DNA of 64,000 nucleotides. It comes from Rhodosorus marinus CCMP1338 (Eukaryota; Plantae; Rhodophyta). Under the pieces are notes generated by a model, which was not told where the DNA came from, ran no database searches, and saw only the letters and a program-made list of their open reading frames with translations. Positions 38,974 through 49,861 of the stretch are shown here, one piece after another. Numbering within the stretch: the stretch's first letter is position 1; every line of letters begins with the position of its first letter. A program made the translations under genes and the position numbers. The stretch spans positions 1,736,001-1,800,000 of the forward strand of contig JAMWBK010000001.1 of assembly GCA_029953675.1 (NCBI GenBank), read 5' to 3'.

Positions 38974-39611
38974 GTTATGCGTTCATCTGTTGCCAGTTTG
39001 AAGGCACATTATTTGGTTTTTCAAGTACTGTGGAGGATATGCCGATAGCGAAGCACTGCGACAAGCTCGAAAAGTCAAGTATCGTAGGTTGACCTATGTA
39101 AATCGCGATATGGAATCAGTTTTCTGGAAAAGTGGATGACCACGGCTTGATTGTATGGGCTAGACGTCAGCTTTAGAATCCGGGTTTTGGACCCTCTCAG
39201 TTCGTTTTCGTTGACGAGCCCGTATGCGTTGTTTGATGTTATGCTTGGCTTAACATGCAAGCGTTTTGAAGCAGTCCACACATCCACCCTCAGCATAAAG
39301 CACGGAACGATGTGACTACCCGTGTACAACTCACATGTCGCTTGCTCACATTGAAGGCAGAATTTGGCTACCACCTGGAGCGTACAAAACGGTCTCATCC
39401 CACACCGCAGACGCGGACAGCTCCTTCCCGAGCTACCCAACTAGTTCGGAACGACTTTGGCCTACAGTCTGAGGTTGTGAACCCTCACCTTGACTGCAAC
39501 CCTTTGACTGCAACCCATGGGAGCTCGTTAACAGACTACCTTTGATAGAAAGATTCTAGAACCTTCTCCAATCAATTCAAGGATCGTCCGAGAAAAGGCT
39601 ATGTCTCCATC

Positions 39612-39943
39612 AAGTCCAGTTCCAAGATTTGAACCATTCACTACCCGAAAGTAGAGCTAATGTAGTTGAAGAGCGTAGAACAAAAGTGTACCCAAGATCC
39701 TTTTCTACAGGAAGTCTCTATGGGGAAAGGACGAATCAACAAGATACACACCTACTCCTACTCCTGATGCTGACGAGTACTTCGAAAGCTTTTATATCGA
39801 CGGGCAGACATTGACGGAGTGCTGCGGCTGGGAGTTTGCTGGGTTAAGAGGAAAGGATTGTAGATACGCTTTCATTCTACCGTCGTCGACAACCTTGTCT
39901 CTACTTCCGAGTAGTGAATGGTTCAAATCTTGGAATAGGACTT
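39612..39943. repeat. Imperfect long inverted repeat (92-bp arms, 148-bp spacer)
   Basis: 39612-39703 aligns ungapped to the reverse complement of 39852-39943 at 73/92 by hand count, including a 25-bp exact block. Confidence 0.9.
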
Positions 39944-40143
39944 CACTCGTCAAATCTTTTCGTAGGTTCACAACCGGCAAACAAGCCTCCCGAAGACAGG
40001 ACACCGCGCCGCCGGGTCTGAGCCGGTCCCAAACTCGAGCTCGGACTTGCTCCATTATCGGGGTTCAACAGGGAACGGACTTGGTCTTTCAACAGAGTTT
40101 CAAGGCACGTGATACGCCTTGACAAACCAGATAGTTCCTGAAG

Positions 40144-41104
40144 ATGAAGCTGTACACTAAATCTGGAGATAGAGGCACAACGAGCCTATTCAATGGCGAG
40201 AGGGTCTCCAAGGACAACATTCGCGTGACTGCTTAGTAAGTACACGAGGGGCTTCGAGTACCGGTTCGGTGCTGCGTGGAGTTAGAGGCTGACTTTTTTC
40301 ACGTGTCTTCTGAATTTGTCTTCACAGTGGAACATTGGACGAGTGCAACTCGGCCCTGGGAGTCGCGTGCAGCATATTGTCCCAGGAGGCTCGTTCGCCA
40401 TCCATAACCAAATATAAGCTTGACAAGTGAGCTAAATGAAATGAAACTCCTGACGTTTGTCGTCCAAACGAGAAATTTGGGGGATTAAGGAACTTGTCTG
40501 AATCCATGTATCAGGCTAGAGCTCTTACTGGATCAGCTGAAGTATATTCAACACCGATTTTTCGACCTCGGAGCTCACCTGGCTACTCCTAGGGTCAGAT
40601 CAGACGAAAGCACTCTCGATAAGACACGCTTCGAGATGGAGGTAATCTCCACTGCACACCCAAAGGGGAATCACGTGTCAATGCAGTTGAGGAAATCTCA
40701 TCATATCGATACGGCCTTGTCAAACTCCAGGCGTCAAATCAACTCGAGGAGTGGATAGACGACCTCCAAGCATCGCTTCCACCGCTTACAACTTTTATTC
40801 TACCTGGTGGCCACCCGGCAGCTGCCCATTTGCATCTGGCGAGGACCACTGTTCGAAGAGCTGAGGTAAACACGCCGCAATTTTTGAAGACGTTGAGAAA
40901 AACTCTACGGAAGAAGGGCACTTACCAAAAAGTGTTTCTTTACCCCTCGGTTAGAGAATCTCAACAGCTCTAATCGAAGAGGAGGAGCTTGATGAGGCTG
41001 CGTATGTCTTTCTTAACAGAGTTTCAGACTATTTCTTCGCTGCAGCTCGATATGCAAACCACATCTTCGATATTGAAGACGTTACCTGGCATAAACTCTC
41101 GTAG
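40144..41104 (+). CDS. MMAB: ATP:cob(I)alamin adenosyltransferase (PduO/MMAB type), multi-exon
   Basis: [15 protein letters not shown]. Splicing gives [10 protein letters not shown]. Also [25 protein letters not shown] and [14 protein letters not shown]. Confidence 0.93.
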
Positions 41105-41405
41105 ATTGAAACTGTTGATATGGATCCCCTTGGGCCCTACTCGCCGGGGGTGAAAGTGGAGGGTGGGAGAGGAGCGACAAAGACAACAGGGTTTGGTGGA
41201 TGTTAAATTATCAGCCTCAAGCCCTGTGATAAAGCTCTGCCTTGACTGTCGCCCTAATCTGTAGTGCTGTGGAATTCTCGAGCCAATGCCTCGGGCGTAG
41301 ACAAGCTAGACAAGCGTAGACAAGCATTGGTAATATACACTGCCTCTTTACACTAAATAGAATATAAACAAGGGGTAGTGGGGATGTGTCTGAAGGAACC
41401 TCGGC

Positions 41406-43070
41406 TTACTTGAAGAAACTCGTGAGCAGCTGTTGCTCAAGCTTTCCGCGCTTCCGCGAGCGGCCAACGAATTTATGCTTGTGTACATTCCCTTCGTCCC
41501 CACTGGGCTTCAGCGATAGCTCAGGTTTTCGCTGTGGACTGGCATCCACGCTTTTAGGCAACACTCCGCTAACCTCATCGATACATCCGGGGTTCTGCCC
41601 AGCTCTCTGTGAATCGGTTCGTCTTACGCTGCCATCACTCATAAAGATCCCGAAAACCTCGACTGCGTCAGTCTCGAGACTCTCTCCAGGAGTAGTTTTG
41701 GAGAGCTCAGGATCTCCGTATAGCTCGTCATTCACATTGCGGCTTGTCCGTTTCTGTTCACCACTCTCGGACTCTGTCTGTTTTCTGCTTCTAGGACTGC
41801 TCATCGTTCCCAAGAAGTCGGTCCGGCCACTCTCTATGGTGTCACAAGCTCTGTCGGAGTAATCACGGCTACCACTGACATCGTTCTTCAACTCTGGGCG
41901 GTTCCGCTTTTGACTGGCAATCTCAGATTCTTTTCGTTTTCCGCCGGAAGGGCTACCGAACTTGCCGAAAAACTCAACCATGGCCGCTCTCTCATCGATC
42001 AAGCCTTTGAAACTTGACAACAGGGCAGTATTTTTGGCAACAGTATCCTCCCCAACCGTTGGTACAACTCTCTTCGGTCGTAGGAATCCCACCCATTCGA
42101 GTAGCTCAGAGTAGGACGAGTGTTCACTATAAGGCACTCCGTAGATCTTGAAGCAGCCCTTCTCCTGAACGCTCACTGTGCCTTTCACGTTCCAGCTCCA
42201 ACCAGTGGGTACAAATCCAACCACTCGTTTGAAATAGGAATCCTTACGATACATGTCTCGTCGCCGGAGGTTCTCAGTCTTCATGATCGCTTCCATCTTC
42301 TCATAGTTTGGCTTGAATCCCCAAGGAACAGATTGTATGAACGCCTCCCACGGGGTTACATGGACAAACGTCTCCGAGACGTTCGTCGTGAATACTCGTT
42401 CATAATAGTCAAGTTCCAGGAGACTCAAAATGCTAGCTTTGGTGTCAGTGATACCGATCTTACACCCCAGTCTTCTCGACAGGGCTTCTAGTACCCTTTC
42501 CTTACCGATGAGGTATGTGGAAATGAGGAACAGTACCGGTTCTCCTCCAGCGACTTCCCCCTCCGCAAGCGAAACCAACGTTTCAATCGCTTGGTCTTGT
42601 GCGGGGAAGACATACTTCTTGTTGCAGTAGGTCGTGTCCAAATACACTGCATCGAACTGATTATCAGAGCCAAGCTGCTCGAAGAGTTTCATTTTGGGGT
42701 GGTATCGCATGTCACCCGTGTGAAGATATCTTTTCCCATCAACGGTTTCGAAAAGGAACTGAACAGATCCAGGACAGTGATTGGCGTCCAGAAGCGTCAC
42801 GTTCAAACCCACCTCTTCCTTGATCGCTGTTCTAGTACTCATTGGAAGCGCAACAACATATTGCTCGCCGACTCCCATATGTCCTATAAGCAGACGAGCA
42901 GTAATCTCCGACGCATAGATAGGCTTCCCCTTCCATCGATGAGTAAGGCCTCCATAGTGGTCGGCATGGAAGTGCGTGAGGAAGAGAGCTTCCACCCACG
43001 ATCGAATTGGAGGGCGAAACCAATCCACCAATATCTTGGTTCCAGGAACTCGGTTTCGTTCTTTAACCAT
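41406..43070 (-). CDS. SNM1: DNA cross-link repair nuclease SNM1/PSO2 family (metallo-beta-lactamase/beta-CASP), intronless
   Basis: FLTHFHADHYGGL, DANHCPGS, LHTGDMR, YLDTTYC, IGKER, FVPTGWS and VPYSEHSSYSEL. Disordered C-terminal tail. Confidence 0.93.
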   Translation of the reverse strand: MVKERNRVPGTKILVDWFRPPIRSWVEALFLTHFHADHYGGLTHRWKGKPIYASEITARLLIGHMGVGEQYVVALPMSTRTAIKEEVGLNVTLLDANHCPGSVQFLFETVDGKRYLHTGDMRYHPKMKLFEQLGSDNQFDAVYLDTTYCNKKYVFPAQDQAIETLVSLAEGEVAGGEPVLFLISTYLIGKERVLEALSRRLGCKIGITDTKASILSLLELDYYERVFTTNVSETFVHVTPWEAFIQSVPWGFKPNYEKMEAIMKTENLRRRDMYRKDSYFKRVVGFVPTGWSWNVKGTVSVQEKGCFKIYGVPYSEHSSYSELLEWVGFLRPKRVVPTVGEDTVAKNTALLSSFKGLIDERAAMVEFFGKFGSPSGGKRKESEIASQKRNRPELKNDVSGSRDYSDRACDTIESGRTDFLGTMSSPRSRKQTESESGEQKRTSRNVNDELYGDPELSKTTPGESLETDAVEVFGIFMSDGSVRRTDSQRAGQNPGCIDEVSGVLPKSVDASPQRKPELSLKPSGDEGNVHKHKFVGRSRKRGKLEQQLLTSFFK

Positions 43071-44488
43071 TCCCAACCACCACAAGAAGTGTCCAAGCGA
43101 ACAAGATCAGACACCACACCAACTAAACACAATTGTCATAGCCAGACATTTCCTTCTTACTGTTTTTCTTCATTCAGATAGCTTCCAACCTCGGCGTCAT
43201 CCGAAACAAAACCATTGGTCCAACCCTACTTAGCATTTCTCTTGTTCAAATCTCAAAAGGCCTCTCCTTGAATACAAGACCGACGCTCCACCTTCTCACT
43301 AGAAAGACCTCAAGAAACAAGCACAAAAGGCCCGACGATGCTCAGTAAACGAATCCATGCTGGCCTTTGAAGACGATACCACTTTACATTGCTAAACGAG
43401 GAAGATGCCAAGCACAAAGCGGACTGGAAGTATCCGTACAAGAGTAACTTTTTTTTTTTGCAAAAGGATTTCTCTAGTTGCCTCATTTGACTGTTGTTTG
43501 TTCGAATGAGCTGTTGAAAGGTTAGTGAGAAACCCACGGCCTGAGTCTGTTCAAGAGAACGAAGCACGACTGGTGTTCGTACTTTCGAGCATTAGTTATT
43601 GCATTCAACTGATCCAAGAAGCCCTTTGAAGATGATACGGAGTCTACCGGAACTTCATCTGGTCGACGGAAGATATCCACTGAACGTGAACTCTTGGAAG
43701 TCACTCTGGTCAGGATATTTATCATTCATCGATGCACCAGTTCCATTGGAGGGGTTCATGAACTTCCTACAGTCCGCGTTCGTCAGAGAGTCGTCTTTTG
43801 GTAGCTCGACGGCCATCCATGTATAGAGAGAACCAGGCTGTCCTTCTGGAATCAAGCATACTACTGCTCTCGGGCATTTGCCTAAGTAGAAATACATGAT
43901 CTCTTCAACGCTGATCCTTTGATGGCTCAATCCAAACCACCGTCCTCGAAGTCGAATAGACTACCAGCACAGTCATAATCCTAGAGGCGCGGTGACTCGA
44001 GCCTATTCACCAGGTTTGAGGCTACGGACTGCTTTTGCGTTCAGGTGAGTGCCAAAAACAATGTTTGGGGCTTTACTCTCTCCTGGAATTTGAATCACAT
44101 CTGAGCTCGTCTGCTAAATGTACTCTAAGCAGACGGATGTCTACGTGGTGGGTCAAGGCGCAACCAGTCCCACTCTTCAGTACTCGACTATCGCTTTAGA
44201 ATTTTAGAAAACCCCAGACACCTGTCCGCATCTTTCGCAAGCGGTTGGAAACCTTGGCCGCGCGTCACCTTATCAGTGCGTCGTTGCAAGGATGTTGAAA
44301 CGCTCACGGTGAGAACAATCTTTCAGGACGAATCCGCAAACAGAAACACTCTTCGCTTCATTCGAGCATTCGATACCAGAGGCATAATCCTTCTTGTCAC
44401 AACCTCAACGGGAAATTTGACCCCTGCTAGTCCAGACTGAACTCCGCATTCAACCTCTGCCTAATGGAATCGGTTCAAGAATCGTTGA

Positions 44489-46116
44489 CTACTTGGTGAT
44501 GGTTGCGTCGATTGCATTAAGCAATTCCGTTTTCAGCTCGGGCGAAATTCCTCTTTCCTGCGTTTGGTCGTAGATTCTCTCAAACGCGCGAACTTTGATG
44601 GAAGGCGGGATGAAGTTGGACACAAGCAGGAGTCCAATGGCAGCCCCGCCCATGTCTCCACATCGAAGGGCGATGTACACATCGGAAGATATTGTTCCGG
44701 TTCCTTCTCTCATAGTAGCAAACAGAGTCTCTACGTAGTGCTCATCTCCGGTGCATGAATACATAAACAAGTTCGACGCCGCTCGGACGAGAGATTTCGG
44801 ATGGTCCAAACAGGCCCTGACTTCCTCAATTAGCTCGAAAAGCTTCAGATTATTTGCCGTCAAAATTAAAGTAGGAAGCGGCTCTGATGTGTTATCTCCA
44901 TACTTGTAGCCATCCACATCTGATATGAGCGTCTCCTTTCTCGCTCGAATGATCGCCTGCAGTGTAGAGAAGCGTTACCGTCACCAACCTAATTGAAGAT
45001 CGAACCCTCTGACTCTTTTCGTGAAGGCCATACCTTCAACTTTTCTGCGACTTCCGGTTCGAGGTGATCAAACTCGAAGATGTCCGTTTGACTTGCTTGT
45101 CCCTCGTCAATTTTCTGCAAGCGCAAAGCCGATTTCACAATTTTCTCCTTGACGACATCCAATACGTACTGAGGAACGCCCTCTGGTCCGCGGTTTCTCT
45201 CCGCAATCAATCCAAGAGAATGAAGCGCGTTTTCGCGAAGGAAGAAATCCTCTTCCTGTATGCATTCTCCAAGAGCCCTCATCGTAGCCTCCTTTACAGG
45301 CTTTACTTGTGCGACTTTGCCAAGAGCCATGACCGTTCTCTTTCTCAGCTTGTACACTAAAAATTGAGAGGGTGAGTGGAAGATTTCTTTTAAGACGAGG
45401 AAAACTGTCAGAATTGTGAAAGCTGGGGCTGCTTGCTTACTCTCCTCGGTCCGTATATTCGTACTCAAAAGCGATTCCACCAGCGGTTGCTCGGCCTCAA
45501 ATACAGAGAATCTACGTACCCACCATGCAGCAAAGTATCTGGCAGCGACAACTTCGTGGTTCTTCAGATTGTATATTGCCTCTTCCTTAGATCTTGGACA
45601 GTAATCTTCATGTAATTCCGGATCATATTCAAATTTGTCACCTAAATCGGACCCGCTTTCGAATACACCTGCTATGAAAGCTTCATCTGACATCTGAATC
45701 TCCAGTTCCAGTGGATCCATTCCTTCGAACATAAATTTCTTAGCCTTCTGAGTCATGAGAGCTTCATGTGCCTCGAGGCCCTCAAATCCAAGCTTGTCGT
45801 AAACTTTACGCAGAGTGTCGTCAGTCAGCACACTGTATGCTTTTGTGATGGCATCGAATTTCTCCGTCTCCTGGACCGTCTGTACTCCTCCCTCAACGGA
45901 ATCTGGGTGCAAGTCCCTTGCCAGCTTCAAATAAGCATTTCTAATTTGCTTATAAGATGCATCCGCCCCGTCCCCAACTCCCAACGTTGCATACAAATCC
46001 TCCCGAGCGCTCATCCGCAACTTTCTCCCTCGGCGCTCACAGACGCGACTACCTTCAGGTCCTCTCGAGGAACACCCAGTCCTCAGTCCAGACGTGAACG
46101 CCAAGAACCCGTCCAT
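44489..46116 (-). CDS. Plastid-targeted J-domain (DnaJ) fused to CpcE-like phycocyanobilin lyase HEAT repeats, 3 exons
   Basis: MDGFLAFTSG presequence. J-domain LYATLGV..LARDLHPD..AYSVL. Then EEAIYNL..ARYFAAWWVRRF, YKLRKRTVMALGK, EDFFLRENA and, after intron 44959-45033, TGDEHY. In-frame intron 45357-45440. Confidence 0.82.
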
Positions 46117-47607
46117 CCTAACAAGTCAATCACAACTCTCCCAGACCCCAGGCACAGAGAACGACAGAAAGAAAGAAGCTACGATACCTCGAATCCGTCT
46201 AGAACCACCCCTCTCTCCAAATTAGACAAGTACAGAATCCAAGGAACGCCTTTCACAGACACCGACAATCAGACTCTCAACCATTTCGATCGTCCCCAAA
46301 AACAATCAAACAACCCTCAGCAACAGTTCAAGAACCAAAACTACTACCAGCCCCAATGAAGTCCAGGACCATTACCAAATGTCCTAGCTTTCAACGCTTC
46401 CTACTCTCACAAGTCCAAACTCGCCTTCCATATATGGTCTTTACCCAAATCCATCCACGGTTCCCCAACTGACTCCAACAAGTCTTAAACGTCCTCGAGA
46501 TCACGTCGATCTCATATCCTACTTTTTTAAATGTTTTTTCTACTCCGATTGATTGTGTGGTTTGGGACAAATCTAAATGGGACATTTTTGTCCCACTTAG
46601 AAGACGGCTGTGATTTGTTTAGTAAAAACAGTACGGCGTTAGTACGTATTCGTCTTATTTTAAATAAAAATGCTCTTTTTCATTTTATCCTTTTTGGTTA
46701 TTTTAGAATCTTAGGATCTCAAGTTCTTGAATGGGGAGTCCAATTGCAACACGGGGGTGCCTAGATGAAAGTACCGCTTCTAATCCAACAAGCTAAGTGC
46801 TAATTCTAGAGGTCCATACCCGCTTTAGCTGTTCTTCATGCAACCGCCTCACCAATCCAAAGAAGGACGAGAGCGAAAACAAATGCTGCCAATTCACAGG
46901 CGCTTCGTGCATCGACCTAGGGTATGAACCGAGTACCATGAGTTTCCTGGATCTATGATGATCGTTTACAGCTGCAGCTTACAATCATGCTTGCAAAAGA
47001 ACGATTTCTACTTCGATCTAATAGGTACCAGTGCAGCAATGTCAGGGACGCGGATTCAAATCCGGGTCCTTCGGTTGACAGGCACAGGCGGTAGCAAGCG
47101 GAATCAATTCAATCCATTAAATTTTCATCCCTTTCGGGACTCCTTCATTGGATGTTTCTCCTTCTCATTCGAGCCGTGGCCCTCTAACGTGCAGAATTCA
47201 CACTGAGCTTTTATTCTCATGCGCTTCCATTCCGTCTCGCTAACTTTCTGGGGTAATGCGCTGCCTTGTAGCTTGCAGTTGAAAGTCCTTCACGGCATGA
47301 TGCTTCCCATCCGGTATTGTGGTCTTCAGGCATCATCGTCGATAATCCGTACGTAACTGGCAGCTGACCATCGCCGATCCTCCCGACAACCTTTTTCAGC
47401 GCAACCATTTCTTTGCTTGTATAACGGAAGAGGAGTAGCGCACGTTCTCAACGAGGAAGACGGGCGAGAATGAATGTAGCAGTTGGTTCACGAATTGAGT
47501 GACTGGAAAGCGGTGTCTGAAATTTGGAAAATCAGAACGTATTCTATGGAAGATTGAGTCTCAGGACCTCCAAGTTTTGGGGTTAGTGCGGCATCGCATC
47601 AAGAATC

Positions 47608-49724
47608 GTGGCTCGAATCTCGGAAAAGGAGCGGGCGTTTCTAACCCCGTGGAGGTTGCTGATTGCTATTGGATTAGTGCAATGCCAGCCTAAATACTTC
47701 CACCTACTGCGACCATTCTTACTTCAGGCCGATGAGGCCTCACAAGTGGTCAGCAGATATGACAAGCTTGTTGAGCATGCCGAACGTCTGCAGCTTGGGG
47801 AAAGGACGTTTGCCGATTACATTATCATGGGCGCAGGGTCGTACTTTCTCAATGTGGATAGTCTGATGGGGTCTGTCGAATCTCTGTTCTGGAGTTTTGT
47901 TGCGGAAACGTACGAGGGCTTAGACGGTACCAGTTTGGTTTATCAATATGTGCGGCGGGTGGTTGTGATCTTCGACGCTATCCAGTTCGAGGGCGTTTGC
48001 GCCTTGTATGATGAAACAGTCAACTACATCAACGCTGACTTTGAAACGCACGTGGAACTACCGAAAATCCAAAGCCGACCATCCTTACAGCAGCAACTAA
48101 AAGATCTCCCCGAGGAAAACTTCACCGATGCTGAGGACGCTGTTCACCGCTGCTTTGACCTCTCCCTCGTGCACGTTAAAAAGAGCCGCACCGGGTCACC
48201 AGCCGAGTTCGCTTCAGGTGTTCACTATGCTCCACTCTCGCTCGCGGCAGTGCAGCACAAATTCGGACATAAATCCGAAGCGGAGGCCGCGCTTGGTGAA
48301 GCAGTAAATATAGCTCAGCAGATCGGTAACCAAGAATTCCAGTCCCTGGTAGCCCCATGGCTTGCGGAAATACACGACGATTGGAGGTTTTTGGAAACGA
48401 GGGGAACCAACTATGAAGCGGAACTCGAGCTCGCCAGAAAAGAGGTTGAAACCTTGGGGCTGGGTAAGCCCTCAGACGAACGGCTTTGTAGAATACGGAA
48501 GCACGTTGCGAAGGCGACCGCCCTGGCAAATAGTTCAGATCAGGCTGCTGTCCCTGGGTTTCTTCTTCTCGCCGGTGCTTGGCTGCTGGAGGGCGGGAGG
48601 TCCGTGGCATATTCCTACGCACAGCTCGCTCTTCGCCGATCGAGCCACTTGGATGGTAGCCTCCATGCTAATGCTTTCTGCGCTGTACAGTCGCTACGTT
48701 TCGATGAGGGGTATCCTGAGGAGGCCTTGGACGCGCTCTTCGACCAAGCGAAGAACGCGGACAGTGGTTCTGTTCTAGTCCGAACGACTCTGAAGCTCTC
48801 GATCGAACTGGCACTCGCAAAGGGTGAGATTCGAGTAGCGGAGGCGCTCTTGAGCAGAGCGTCGGGGCTGGATGATAAGGATAACGATTGCGCTGCTCTT
48901 CTTGCAAGTGCAGAGTGCTGCCTCGCCAAGGGAGATTTGTTCGAAGCAAACAGATTGGCTGAGGAACTGGTGCTTGAAGCTGCACAGAGACGTACGTATA
49001 ACACAACATCGAGCAACACGTGTCTATTGTCTGCAAATTTAATATACATTCAAAGTCTTTGTGTTCATGGAAGGCCCCGCCTTCCACAAGTCGGTGGGGG
49101 GCGCTTGCTGGTTTACCGTTATCGTAGCGTTTGCTCAGCGTCTTTCTCTCCCTCCATCATTTATATGTAGGGCTGTGTCCTTTCGTTGTGGAGGCCTACC
49201 TGATCCAGGCGCAATCCCACCTCAAAGCACAATCTGTGTCCTCGGCCCTTGCTCCGGTTCTCTCCGCTCTGTCGTTTGCAAACTCTTTACGATGGCAGCC
49301 ACAGCGATGCAGGGCTGTAGGAATGCTGGCAAAAATTCATTTGTTCCTCGGTCAACGAAATGAGGCTTTGTTGAAAATGCGACAGATAACTCCCGTCGCA
49401 CTCAACGCGCTCCCCTGTCGGCATAGAGGGGAGCACTACCTCATTCACGCCATGTGCATGGCCGAGTGCGATGGCCAAGCTTATGAAGAAATTGTGGCTG
49501 AGCTCGAGAGAGCACGGACGAACTTTGAAAAGGCCTCATGCCTTACAGGCTTTCTGGAAACAGAGATCCTCGCGGCGAAGACGGCGGATCGGTTTTCGAA
49601 GCAGAAGGAGCGAGATCAAGCCGCCAGGGAAGCCCGAAGCATTGCCAAGAGGATTGGGGCAGCCGCGCGAAAGCTGCCAAAGGCAGAACTTGGCCGGCTG
49701 CTAGCTCTGGCTGCAATGAACTAG
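47608..49724 (+). CDS. APC5: Anaphase-promoting complex subunit 5, 2 exons
   Basis: N-terminal LTPWRL, VHRCFD and YAPLSLAAVQHKFGH.SEAEAALGEAVNIAQ (Apc5 domain), then TPR-like helices. Intron 48992-49170 keeps frame. Confidence 0.85.
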
Positions 49725-49861
49725 AACAACTGATGTGAGCAAAGAAAGAATCACTAACGAACTGTTCAGCCCTGTGCAACCTCGCAGAGCACGTACAGCT
49801 GCTTTCCCACAGTTTTTTACCTGTTCCCCAAGCGTAGACAGCAAATATGAAGATGTCTTCT

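Noticed and set aside
39120-39300. FVFVDE as a Tc1/IS630 transposase first-Asp motif
   Set aside because: A single short motif among stops, with no other catalytic motif or TIR found.
41297-41326. TAGACAAGC x3 as a CRISPR-like or iteron array
   Set aside because: Only 9-10 bp units with no spacers; simple slippage repeat in a eukaryotic gap.
43240-44480. 1.2-kb gap with coding-like composition
   Set aside because: Several 60-100 codon frames on both strands, with no start/splice solution or motif.
46750-47410. Short ORFs upstream of APC5
   Set aside because: No homology cues.
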